Assembly (NCBI GenBank): GCA_052035985.1
Contig: JBPOHC010000366.1
Span: 1 to 64,000, forward strand
DNA length: 64,000 bases
From: Myxococcota bacterium
Lineage (GTDB): Bacteria > Myxococcota_A > Polyangia > Polyangiales > Ga0077539
Direction of reading: 5' to 3'
The notes beneath the pieces were generated by a model. It ran no database searches. It saw only the letters and a program-made list of their open reading frames with translations, and was not told the DNA's origin. Shown here in pieces: positions 9,324 to 21,681 of this stretch (position 1 is its first letter; every line of letters starts with the position of its first letter). A program made the translations under genes and the position numbers.

Positions 9324-10418
9324 TCACTGCGCGCAGGTCACCTGCGTGACGACGACGCGCGAGGCACCGTGCGCGGCGGGCTCGCGGCGCACCACCACCA
9401 CGGCGCCCTCGGCGCGCGTCGAGAGGCGCGCGGGCACCGGGGAGCCCGTGCGGACCGCCGTGGGCGCGGCGAGGCTCCCGTCGGGCGAGGTGCGCGCGAC
9501 GATGAGCCGCCCGTTCGTGAGGTCGTCGATGAGCACGAAGGCGCTCACGCCGTCGACCGTCGCGTCGATGAGCCCGAAGCGCCCTCGCGTCGTCGCGTCC
9601 GACGCGGCCCCGAGCGCCGCGCCGCCAGGGGGAACACGCACCAGCACCGGCGTCCCCGTGCCGTGGACCTGCACGCCGTGGAGGGCGCCCGCGAGGTCGA
9701 CGGGCCCGAGCGTGGCGGCGGGCCAGCGCAGCCGGGAGTTCACCTGCAACGTCGGCGAGAGACCCATGAGCGACGCGTCGGCGTTCGCGTCGACGCCCTC
9801 GACCGTGAGCGCGAGCGCGCCGAGCGAGGGCAGCCACGCGAGCCGCGGAGAACGTCCTTCGCCGAGGTCCGCCGCGCGGTCGTGGGAGACGCCGCGGAGG
9901 TCGAGCGCAGCACCACGGAGCGTGCGCCCCGCGGCCGCGGACCACACCACCGCGAAGCCCGACTCGGTGCTCGCGACGGCGAGCGAATCCACCGCGGCGT
10001 CTTCGCGCGCCACCCTGCGAGGGACGTTCTGCGCCTCGGCGCGTCCGTTGATTCGCGCGAGCATCACGTCGTGCCCGTCTTCGACGTAGGCGATGGCGGC
10101 GCCCGTGGGCGTGGCGGTCATCGCGAAGGTGGCCGACGGGCGTCCCACCTCGCGCGCGGCCCCGAGCGGTCGCCACTGGGCGTCGAAGGCGCGCACGCGC
10201 AGCGAGCCCGAGCGCTCACGCCACGCGACCACGGCGCCGCCCGCGGTGAACACCACCCACGGGGCCGTGGAAGGGTCGACGGCGTCGCTCTCGGCGAGCG
10301 CGAGGGTGTTGCTCGCGAGCGCGCATCCTGGCCGCTGCGTCCGGCGCGGCTGAGCCTGCGCGGTGAACGCCGTGACGAGGGCGCACAGCCCGAGGGAGAT
10401 TGGAGCGACGCGGCGCAT
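9324..10418 (-). CDS. secreted hypothetical protein (364 aa)
   Basis: Signal peptide MRRVAPISLGLCALVTAFTAQAQP with protein-like composition. The overlapping plus-strand ORFs are R/A-rich artefacts. Confidence 0.55.
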   Translation of the reverse strand: MRRVAPISLGLCALVTAFTAQAQPRRTQRPGCALASNTLALAESDAVDPSTAPWVVFTAGGAVVAWRERSGSLRVRAFDAQWRPLGAAREVGRPSATFAMTATPTGAAIAYVEDGHDVMLARINGRAEAQNVPRRVAREDAAVDSLAVASTESGFAVVWSAAAGRTLRGAALDLRGVSHDRAADLGEGRSPRLAWLPSLGALALTVEGVDANADASLMGLSPTLQVNSRLRWPAATLGPVDLAGALHGVQVHGTGTPVLVRVPPGGAALGAASDATTRGRFGLIDATVDGVSAFVLIDDLTNGRLIVARTSPDGSLAAPTAVRTGSPVPARLSTRAEGAVVVVRREPAAHGASRVVVTQVTCAQ

Positions 10419-10497
10419 CGAGCGGGCGGGAGGTTACTACTTCTGCTGCGCGCCGTGGTTGCGCGCGCGCTGTGATTGCTGTTACACGCCTCGCGCC

Positions 10498-11598
10498 ATG
10501 GCTCTCAAGGTAGGTATCGTAGGGCTGCCCAACGTGGGCAAGAGCACGCTCTTCAACGCCGTGTCGACGACGGCGCGCGCGGAGGCGGCGAACTTCCCCT
10601 TCTGCACCATCGATCCCAACGTGGGGACCGCGTCGGTGCCCGACGAGCGCTTCGACGCGCTCGTGCGGCTCTACAAGCCCGAGAAGGAGGTGCGCGCCAC
10701 CGTCGATTTCGTCGACATCGCGGGCCTCGTCCGCGGGGCGAGCAAGGGCGAGGGCCGCGGCAACGCGTTCCTCTCGCACATCCGCGAGGTCGACGCGGTG
10801 GCCCACGTGGTGCGCTGCTTCGACGACGAGAACATCATCCACGTCGACAACAAGGTCGACCCCGCGAGCGACGTCGAGACCATCGAGACCGAGCTCATTC
10901 TCAAAGACCTCGACGCAGTGGAGAAGCGCCTCGACCGCGCGCGCAAGCAGGCCAAGGGCGGCAAGCCCGAGGACAAGCTCGCCGTCGACGTGCTCGAGGT
11001 CGTCGCGAAGGGGCTCAACGAGGGCAAGACCGCCCACGCCATCACGCTCTCCGACGAGGGACGCGCGGTGATGCGAGACAGCTTTCTCCTCACCGACAAG
11101 CCCATGTTCTTCGTCGCCAACGTGGCCGAGAAGGACATTCACGGCGAGGGGAACGACCACGTCAAAAAGCTCGAAGCGATCGCGAAGAAGCGCGGCCTCC
11201 AGGTGACGCGCATCTCGGCTTCGATCGAGGCCGAGATCGCCTCGCTCCCGAAGGAGGACCGCGCGGACTTTCTCGCGAGCGTGGGGCTCACCGAGCCCGG
11301 TCTCCATCAGGTCGTGCGGACGGGGTACTCCGTGCTCGACCTCATCACGTTCTTCACCGCGGGCAAGCCCGAGGTCCACGCGTGGCCCATCCGTCGCGGC
11401 ACCACCGCGCCGGGCGCCGCGGGCAAGATCCACACGGACTTCGAGCGCGGCTTCATCAAGGCCGAGATGATCTTCTGGAAGGACCTCGTCGACCTCGGGA
11501 GCGAGGCCGCGTGCAGGGCCGCGGGCAAGCTCGGCATCGAGGGGCGCGACTACGTGGTCCGCGACGGCGACGTCGCCCACTTCAGATTCAACGTCTGA
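10498..11598 (+). CDS. ychF: ribosome-binding ATPase YchF (Obg-family GTPase)
   Basis: MALKVGIVGLPNVGKSTLFNA...FVDIAGLV...TGY domain...C-terminal FRFNV. The 366-aa length fits YchF. Start chosen at the conserved MALKVG inside the longer track ORF. Confidence 0.95.
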   Translation: MALKVGIVGLPNVGKSTLFNAVSTTARAEAANFPFCTIDPNVGTASVPDERFDALVRLYKPEKEVRATVDFVDIAGLVRGASKGEGRGNAFLSHIREVDAVAHVVRCFDDENIIHVDNKVDPASDVETIETELILKDLDAVEKRLDRARKQAKGGKPEDKLAVDVLEVVAKGLNEGKTAHAITLSDEGRAVMRDSFLLTDKPMFFVANVAEKDIHGEGNDHVKKLEAIAKKRGLQVTRISASIEAEIASLPKEDRADFLASVGLTEPGLHQVVRTGYSVLDLITFFTAGKPEVHAWPIRRGTTAPGAAGKIHTDFERGFIKAEMIFWKDLVDLGSEAACRAAGKLGIEGRDYVVRDGDVAHFRFNV

Positions 11599-11615
11599 AA
11601 TCTCCGTCATGGAGC

Positions 11616-11948
11616 ATGGAATCCCCAGCGACGGGGATGACATATCCCGGCACGCTCTGTAGAGTCCCCATCACTGTGAGTGGAATCTGGAACAACAGGT
11701 TTGAGGTCGTCCTCCGCCCCCTGCGTGATCCCCACGGTGCGCAGCACTCCGTGGTGATCGAGACGCGAACCGCCGCCAAGGCCACGCGAGAGGTGACGGC
11801 GCGCTTCCCCGACATGAAGGTCGTGTCGGTGACGCGCATCACCCCCACCGTCGCGTCGATCAAGGCCGCGCAGCGCGCCGAGGCCGCGGAGCAGTCTGAG
11901 ACCTCCGAGACCCCCGCCATCGTGACCCCGATCCGCCGCGTGGGCTGA
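11616..11948 (+). CDS. small hypothetical protein (~110 aa)
   Basis: Protein-like tail of track ORF 10476..11948 lying after ychF. ATG at 11616 (alternative at 11637). No known motifs and a weak RBS. Confidence 0.35.
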   Translation: MESPATGMTYPGTLCRVPITVSGIWNNRFEVVLRPLRDPHGAQHSVVIETRTAAKATREVTARFPDMKVVSVTRITPTVASIKAAQRAEAAEQSETSETPAIVTPIRRVG

Positions 11949-11954
11949 GCGCCG

Positions 11955-12251
11955 TCAGCGCTCGACCCACACCTCGATCAGCGCGCCATCCTCGGCGCGT
12001 CCGCACAGAAGAAAGCTGAACGCGCCCGGCACCCCGGGCACCTCGATCAACACGCGCACCGTGTCGAAGGCCTCGGCCGCGACGCTGTATCGCGCGACAT
12101 TGTCGCTCTGCGAGAACATCTCGAGCACCGCGTCTCTGCCCTGGTGCACCGACCCGTCGGCCTGACGAAAATGGACCCGCTCGTGGAGCACCGCCGCGAC
12201 CTCGTCGCCCTCTCGCTCCACCAGCACACGCAGCAACGCCGCGACGCTCAT
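11955..12251 (-). CDS. small SnoaL/NTF2-like protein (98 aa)
   Basis: ATG at 12251 overlaps the upstream gene stop (ATGA coupling). Sequence MSVAALLRVLVEREGDEVAAVLHERVHF...ALIEVWVER resembles NTF2-fold small proteins. Confidence 0.5.
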   Translation of the reverse strand: MSVAALLRVLVEREGDEVAAVLHERVHFRQADGSVHQGRDAVLEMFSQSDNVARYSVAAEAFDTVRVLIEVPGVPGAFSFLLCGRAEDGALIEVWVER

Positions 12252-12979
12252 CGCACACGCTCCATCGGTTCGAGCGACCAGAAGCCCGTCCCTTCGGACT
12301 CTGCGCCGACGCCGTACGTCCCGAACATCCCCGTGATCGACGGTCTGAGAAGCCCCGCGCCCTGCGCGACCGTTCCCCGCGTCGAGACCTCGCGCCAGTG
12401 GATCGCCAGCGCGCCGCGATCGACCGTGTCTCCCTCGAACGCGCCCTCGCGCTCCTGGTAGCGATAGGCCGCGCGCCAGCGTCCGTCGGGCGTGTGAGAG
12501 AGCACCGTCTCGACGCCCATCCCGGCGGGAAGACCCGTCCAGCGAGAGAGCCACACGCCGGGCCGCAGCGTCGCGTCGGGCATCCCCGCGGGGACGAGCT
12601 CCACCGCGCCATCGGGGAGCGAACCTCGCAGCGCGCCCGTGGCGTCGACGCGCAGTCGCACGTGTCGCACGCGCATCGTCGCGCCCGCGACCACGGACTC
12701 CTCGCGCCACACGATCTCGTAGCCGTCGGCCGTGTGAGCGCCCGCGAGCTCGCCGTGCCACGGAGGAAGCTCCCACGTCCCGCGGAGGCGCTCCGTCGAT
12801 CCGTGCAGCCACACCTGCACCCGCACGCCATCGGGAACGTCTCCCCAGCGACCCCAGTAGAGCCCCGTCGGCGCGGCGCTCCGATGGACCTCCGGTCGCG
12901 CCGCGGGCGCGTTGCACCCGAGGGCGAGCGACACGACGACCATCGAGAGGGGGCGCTTCACGGCGCGCGGAGGATGCAC
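12248..12979 (-). CDS. lipoprotein, hypothetical (W/R-rich beta-type)
   Basis: Signal plus lipobox (MVVVSLALGC). Translationally coupled to the downstream small gene. Start is GTG 12979 or ATG 12943. Confidence 0.55.
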   Translation of the reverse strand: MHPPRAVKRPLSMVVVSLALGCNAPAARPEVHRSAAPTGLYWGRWGDVPDGVRVQVWLHGSTERLRGTWELPPWHGELAGAHTADGYEIVWREESVVAGATMRVRHVRLRVDATGALRGSLPDGAVELVPAGMPDATLRPGVWLSRWTGLPAGMGVETVLSHTPDGRWRAAYRYQEREGAFEGDTVDRGALAIHWREVSTRGTVAQGAGLLRPSITGMFGTYGVGAESEGTGFWSLEPMERVR

Positions 12980-13082
12980 GAAAGCGCTTCAGCATCCAAC
13001 GATCGATCGTCGCAACGACGCCCGCGCGGCGATACCCTCCGCGCTCGTGGACGCCTCGTCCCTCGACGCGCGCATCAGCGAG

Positions 13083-14291
13083 ATGGCGCGCACCGCCGCG
13101 AGCACCCCCGGCGCGGCCTTCATGCTCCTCGACGCGCGCGATGGAGGACCTCGACGCGCCGTGCTCGCGGAGCGTCCCCGCGCGCTCGTTCACCGCGCCC
13201 ACGATGACCTCGACGGCGCGCTCGAAGCCTTCGGCGACGCCCTCGACGCGATGAGAGCGTCAGCTTCAGTGGGCTCCGACGACACGCTCCCCGTGGCCTT
13301 CGGGTGCATCACGTACGACGCCGCCGCGCGCGCGCTCGAACCTCACCACACCACCGACGCGAGGCCCCACGGAGATCGCTGCCCGAGCGCGTGGCTCGCC
13401 CGCTACGAGCGCGTGACCTCCGTCGAGCTGCCCGCGTGGCCGCTGCGCTCCGAGGTGCGGGCGGCGGGGCTCCTCGGTCCCTTCGAGAGCGCGACCGATC
13501 ACGACGCGCACGTCGCGGGGGTTGAAGCGATTCGGGCCGCGATCCGCGACGGAGACGTCTACCTCGTGAACCTCGCGAGGACGCTCCACGCGCGCGGTGA
13601 GCCCGAGCCCGAGGCCCTGTGGTCGCGGGTGCTCGCGTCGTCGGCCCGCTACGGCGCGGTGCTCCACGTCGGCGACGCGCTCGTCGCGGGCATGAGCATG
13701 GAGCTCGCCCTCGCGTGGGACCGCGCGACCGGCATCGCGACGAGCCGACCGATCAAGGGGACGCGCCCTCGCCGCGAGGACCCCGACGACGATCGACGCG
13801 AGGCCGAGGCGCTCGCGGCGGACCCCAAGGAGCGCGCCGAGAACGCGATGGCGATCGACGTCCATCGCAACGACCTCGGGCGCGTCGCGGAGATCGGGGG
13901 CGTGACCGTGCCCGCGCGCTTCGAGTCCGAGCCGCACAGGCATGTGCATCACCTGGTGTCGACGGTGCGGGCGCGCGTCCCAGGGGAGACTCCTGCGCGC
14001 GACGTGCTCCGCGCGGTGCTCCCCGTGGGGTCGGTGACGGGCGCGCCGAAGCTCGCCGCGATGGAGCACATCGAACGCCTCGAGCGCTCCCGCAGGGGCC
14101 TCTACACGGGCGTCTACGGGGCCGTCTACGAAGACGGGTCGGTGCAGCTCGCCGTGGCGATCCGCACGCTCGTGCGCGACGCCGCGGGCTGTCACTACGG
14201 CGTCGGCGGCGGGATCGTCTGGGACAGCGACCCCGAGCGCGAGTGGCAGGAGCTCGCGTGGAAGCAGCGCGCCCTCGGCGAGCGTCGCTGA
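13083..14291 (+). CDS. pabB: chorismate-binding enzyme, aminodeoxychorismate/anthranilate synthase component I family (PabB-like)
   Basis: SRPIKGTRPR, AENAMAIDVHRNDLGRV, VGSVTGAPKLAAMEHIERLE..RRGLYTGVYGAV..AIRT are hallmark chorismate-utilising motifs. About 400 aa from ATG 13083. Confidence 0.8.
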   Translation: MARTAASTPGAAFMLLDARDGGPRRAVLAERPRALVHRAHDDLDGALEAFGDALDAMRASASVGSDDTLPVAFGCITYDAAARALEPHHTTDARPHGDRCPSAWLARYERVTSVELPAWPLRSEVRAAGLLGPFESATDHDAHVAGVEAIRAAIRDGDVYLVNLARTLHARGEPEPEALWSRVLASSARYGAVLHVGDALVAGMSMELALAWDRATGIATSRPIKGTRPRREDPDDDRREAEALAADPKERAENAMAIDVHRNDLGRVAEIGGVTVPARFESEPHRHVHHLVSTVRARVPGETPARDVLRAVLPVGSVTGAPKLAAMEHIERLERSRRGLYTGVYGAVYEDGSVQLAVAIRTLVRDAAGCHYGVGGGIVWDSDPEREWQELAWKQRALGERR

Positions 14292-14410
14292 ATTGCCTCC
14301 GCGTCGCGTCGGTGAAAACCCCTTCAGCGAAAGACGAAAGCAATCGTCGCGATGGGGGTGCTGTGACCATCCCAACGCGAAGTTGTGATGTTAACGTCGC
14401 CGTCGACAGG

Positions 14411-14485
14411 TCGCAGCGCGCACCCGCTCGCGGCGGTCGGACGGACCACAACACTGAGCGTCGCAGCGCGCACCCGCTCGCGGCG
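14411..14485. repeat. 2 x 25-bp direct repeat (tcgcagcgcgcacccgctcgcggcg), period 50, upstream of Cys-rich lipoprotein gene
   Basis: Identical copies at 14411-14435 and 14461-14485 within the 240-bp intergenic region. Confidence 0.7.
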
Positions 14486-14531
14486 CACCCCGCCAGTGCC
14501 ACACGGCACGAGGCGATCGAGGGCCTGATCG

Positions 14532-16352
14532 ATGCGAAGACTCTCACGGGCATTCATCGGCGTCGGATGTGTCGCGCTGCTCGCAGCGTGCAGCGCGGGA
14601 GACGCGGGAAACGCGACGCTCAAGGGCACCGACGATGGCGGCAGCCAGCCCGACAGCGTGGTGTCTCGCACCGACGCTCGCATCGACACGCCCCGCGTCG
14701 ACGCCACCGTGCTCCCCGACGGGCGGGTGATCTACCCCGACGTCGCGACGAGCACGCCCGACGGGACGGTGACCGCGCCCGACGGAACGGTGACCGCGCC
14801 CGACGCGACGGTGGAGCTGCCCGACGGATCGACGGTGCTCCCCGACGGCGCGGTGATGCTCCCCGACGGCGCGGTGATCCCGTACCCCGACGCGGGCGCC
14901 GCGCCCGACGCGAGCGCGACGTGTGGCGACCGCGAGGTGTGCGACGACGGCGTCGACAACAACTGCAACGGCCGCGTCGACGAGGGCTGCGCGTGCATCC
15001 CCGGCATGACGCAGCGCTGCTTCGACGGCCCGCTGTCGCAGGCCGGCCGCGGCGTGTGCGTCTACGGCATGCAGCGCTGCGAGGGCACCGGAGAGTTCGG
15101 CTCGTGGAGCTCGTGCGTGGGCAGCGGCAGCCCGCAGCCCGTGGTGTGCGGGCGCATGATGGACTTCCGCTGCAACGGCAACATCGACGAGGGCTGCGAC
15201 TGCACGCCCGGCATGACGCGCTCGTGCTACTCGGGGCCGATGGGCACGTCGGGCGTCGGCGCGTGCCGCGCGGGCTCGCAGACCTGCACCATGACCGCGA
15301 CGGGCTCCGCGTGGGGGACGTGCACGGGCGAGGTGCTCCCCGGCACGCGCGACCTCTGTGACGGCGTCGACCGCGACTGCAACGGCTCCGCGAACGACGG
15401 CTGCGCCTGCGCGCTCAACGCCGCGCGGAGCTGCTACTCAGGGCCCGCGGGCACGTCGGGCGTGGGCGCCTGTCGCGCGGGCACGCAGCGCTGCGTGGCG
15501 GGCCCCGGCGGCGTCGGAACGACCTGGGGGACGTGCACGGGCGAGACCCTCCCCTCTCCCGATCAGTGCGACGGCGTCGACCGCAACTGCGACGGCAACG
15601 CGAACACCGGCTGCACCTGCGCCGCGGGCACCACGAGGCCCTGTTACACAGGCCCCGCGGGCACGTCGGGCGTGGGCATCTGCCGGCCCGGCACGCAGAC
15701 ATGCACGCGCGTGTCGACCACGAGCACCACGTGGGGGACCACGTGCACCGGACAGATCCTCCCCGGGGCCTCCGAGGTCTGCGGGAACATGCGCGACGAC
15801 AACTGCAACGGCATGGTCGATGAGGGCTGCACCACGACCCCGATGTGCCCCACGGGCTTCGACCTCACGACCGACGTCAACAACTGCGGCCGCTGCGGGA
15901 ACCGCTGCGCCGCGGGCGAAGCCTGCGTGGCGAGCGTCTGCGTCGGCAACGGTCAGCTCCGCATCACCATGACCTGGGACCGCATGGGCGACATGGACCT
16001 CCACGTCGTCCCCCCGTGCGGCACGGAGATCTACTACGGTCGGCTCGCGGCCTGCGGCGGCGACCTCGACGTCGACAGCTGCCCCGCGCAGTCTCCGAGC
16101 GCGTCGTACCCGTCGGGCGCCGATCCGTGCACGGGCCCCGAGAACATCTTCTGGGCGGCCGCTCCCGCGAACGGCACCTACGTCGTGTGCGCCAACCCGT
16201 GGGCGCTCAGCACCACGGTGAACTACCGCGTCACCGTCACCCGCGGCACCACCGTGATCCGCACCTGGACGGGCTCGCGCAGCGGCTCCGCGGGCTACCG
16301 CGCGTGCTCGCCCACGGCGCCGTCGTACATCGGCAGCTTCACCATCCCCTGA
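14532..16352 (+). CDS. lipoprotein with >=8 tandem Cys-rich MopE-like putative metal-binding repeats (CxDGxDxDCNGxxDxGC...CxxGxQxC)
   Basis: Lipobox LLAAC. Repeated CDDGVDNNCNGRVDEGCAC / CDGVDRDCNGSANDGCAC / CDGVDRNCDGNANTGCTC etc., each followed by GxxGxGxCxxGxQxC. Distinct C-terminal beta-rich domain. Confidence 0.8.
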   Translation: MRRLSRAFIGVGCVALLAACSAGDAGNATLKGTDDGGSQPDSVVSRTDARIDTPRVDATVLPDGRVIYPDVATSTPDGTVTAPDGTVTAPDATVELPDGSTVLPDGAVMLPDGAVIPYPDAGAAPDASATCGDREVCDDGVDNNCNGRVDEGCACIPGMTQRCFDGPLSQAGRGVCVYGMQRCEGTGEFGSWSSCVGSGSPQPVVCGRMMDFRCNGNIDEGCDCTPGMTRSCYSGPMGTSGVGACRAGSQTCTMTATGSAWGTCTGEVLPGTRDLCDGVDRDCNGSANDGCACALNAARSCYSGPAGTSGVGACRAGTQRCVAGPGGVGTTWGTCTGETLPSPDQCDGVDRNCDGNANTGCTCAAGTTRPCYTGPAGTSGVGICRPGTQTCTRVSTTSTTWGTTCTGQILPGASEVCGNMRDDNCNGMVDEGCTTTPMCPTGFDLTTDVNNCGRCGNRCAAGEACVASVCVGNGQLRITMTWDRMGDMDLHVVPPCGTEIYYGRLAACGGDLDVDSCPAQSPSASYPSGADPCTGPENIFWAAAPANGTYVVCANPWALSTTVNYRVTVTRGTTVIRTWTGSRSGSAGYRACSPTAPSYIGSFTIP

Positions 16353-16355
16353 ACA

Positions 16356-16679
16356 TCACTGCACGACGAGCGTCGTGGCCCGGGTGATGCGCGCGCTGCG
16401 CATCACCCCCATGAGCTCGTGCTGACAGTTCTCCGTGCGCAGGTCCCAGAAGCCGCGCGGCACCCGCACGCTGCGGGTGGTGCCCGGCTCGATCGTCGCG
16501 CTGCCGAGGAGGTCGTCGCCCCAGCGGTCTTCGCCGGGCGTCGAGAGGAAGAGATAACAGACCGTCTCGCTCGCGCGGTTGGTGAGCCCGAGGGGAACCG
16601 CGGTGCCGTCGTCGACGACCCGCTGCGGCGCCGAGCAGGCCGCGAGCGCGAGCGCGAGCACCAATCGAAGGGGAGTCAT
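16356..16679 (-). CDS. small lipoprotein (107 aa), divergent from sigma-54 activator
   Basis: MTPLRLVLALALAACSAP lipobox followed by a protein-like tail. Rest of track ORF 16356..17948 is antisense to the activator gene. Confidence 0.45.
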   Translation of the reverse strand: MTPLRLVLALALAACSAPQRVVDDGTAVPLGLTNRASETVCYLFLSTPGEDRWGDDLLGSATIEPGTTRSVRVPRGFWDLRTENCQHELMGVMRSARITRATTLVVQ

Positions 16680-16790
16680 GGCGGTGCGGAGAGTACGCTC
16701 GCACCGCGCGGGTCGCGCAACCTTTGGACCGACGCACGAGGATGGGCGTATGCTCCGCGCGTTCCAGCGCATCCCTGCGGCGAGGTGAGA

Positions 16791-18614
<1,824 letters not shown>

Positions 18615-18683
18615 CGCTCACGTCGCGAGCGCGCGCGTGACGTGAACAAACCGGCGGCTGTGAGGACGCCGTGGTCGACACGA

Positions 18684-18717
18684 CACGGCCCCGAAGACGC
18701 GATGTCTCCGGGGCCGT
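18684..18717. terminator. bidirectional hairpin (acggccccg-N14-cggggccgt) between convergent activator and clpB
   Basis: 9-bp GC stem with 14-nt loop in the 127-bp convergent intergenic region. Confidence 0.45.
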
Positions 18718-18741
18718 TGTCGTTCGCGAGGTTGAGTCCGC

Positions 18742-21330
<2,589 letters not shown>

Positions 21331-21681
21331 GGGGTCTTCCTCGCTCCCTGATAGGGTACTCGGTGTGGCCGGTGGGCAGACGTCGGCGACGATGTCCGTC
21401 GCGACGCGCACCCTCCGTCGTAGACGCGTTGTTGTTGGGGACGTCCGCACCGTAAGCACCGCCCATACCGCCGTCAACGCGTCGTCGAACATGGCGCGGC
21501 TGGACAGCGCCCCTCACCGCTCGTAACTTCACGAACCCGCCGCACGCACCTGCACTGCGCTCGCAGTCGAGAACTCCCAACACCCGCCACGCACAGGTCC
21601 TCTCTCGCGCGAAACGCCCTTCGCGAAGGTCACTCCGCGCGCGCATCCAACCAACCCCCAGCACACAGACACAGCACCGCC

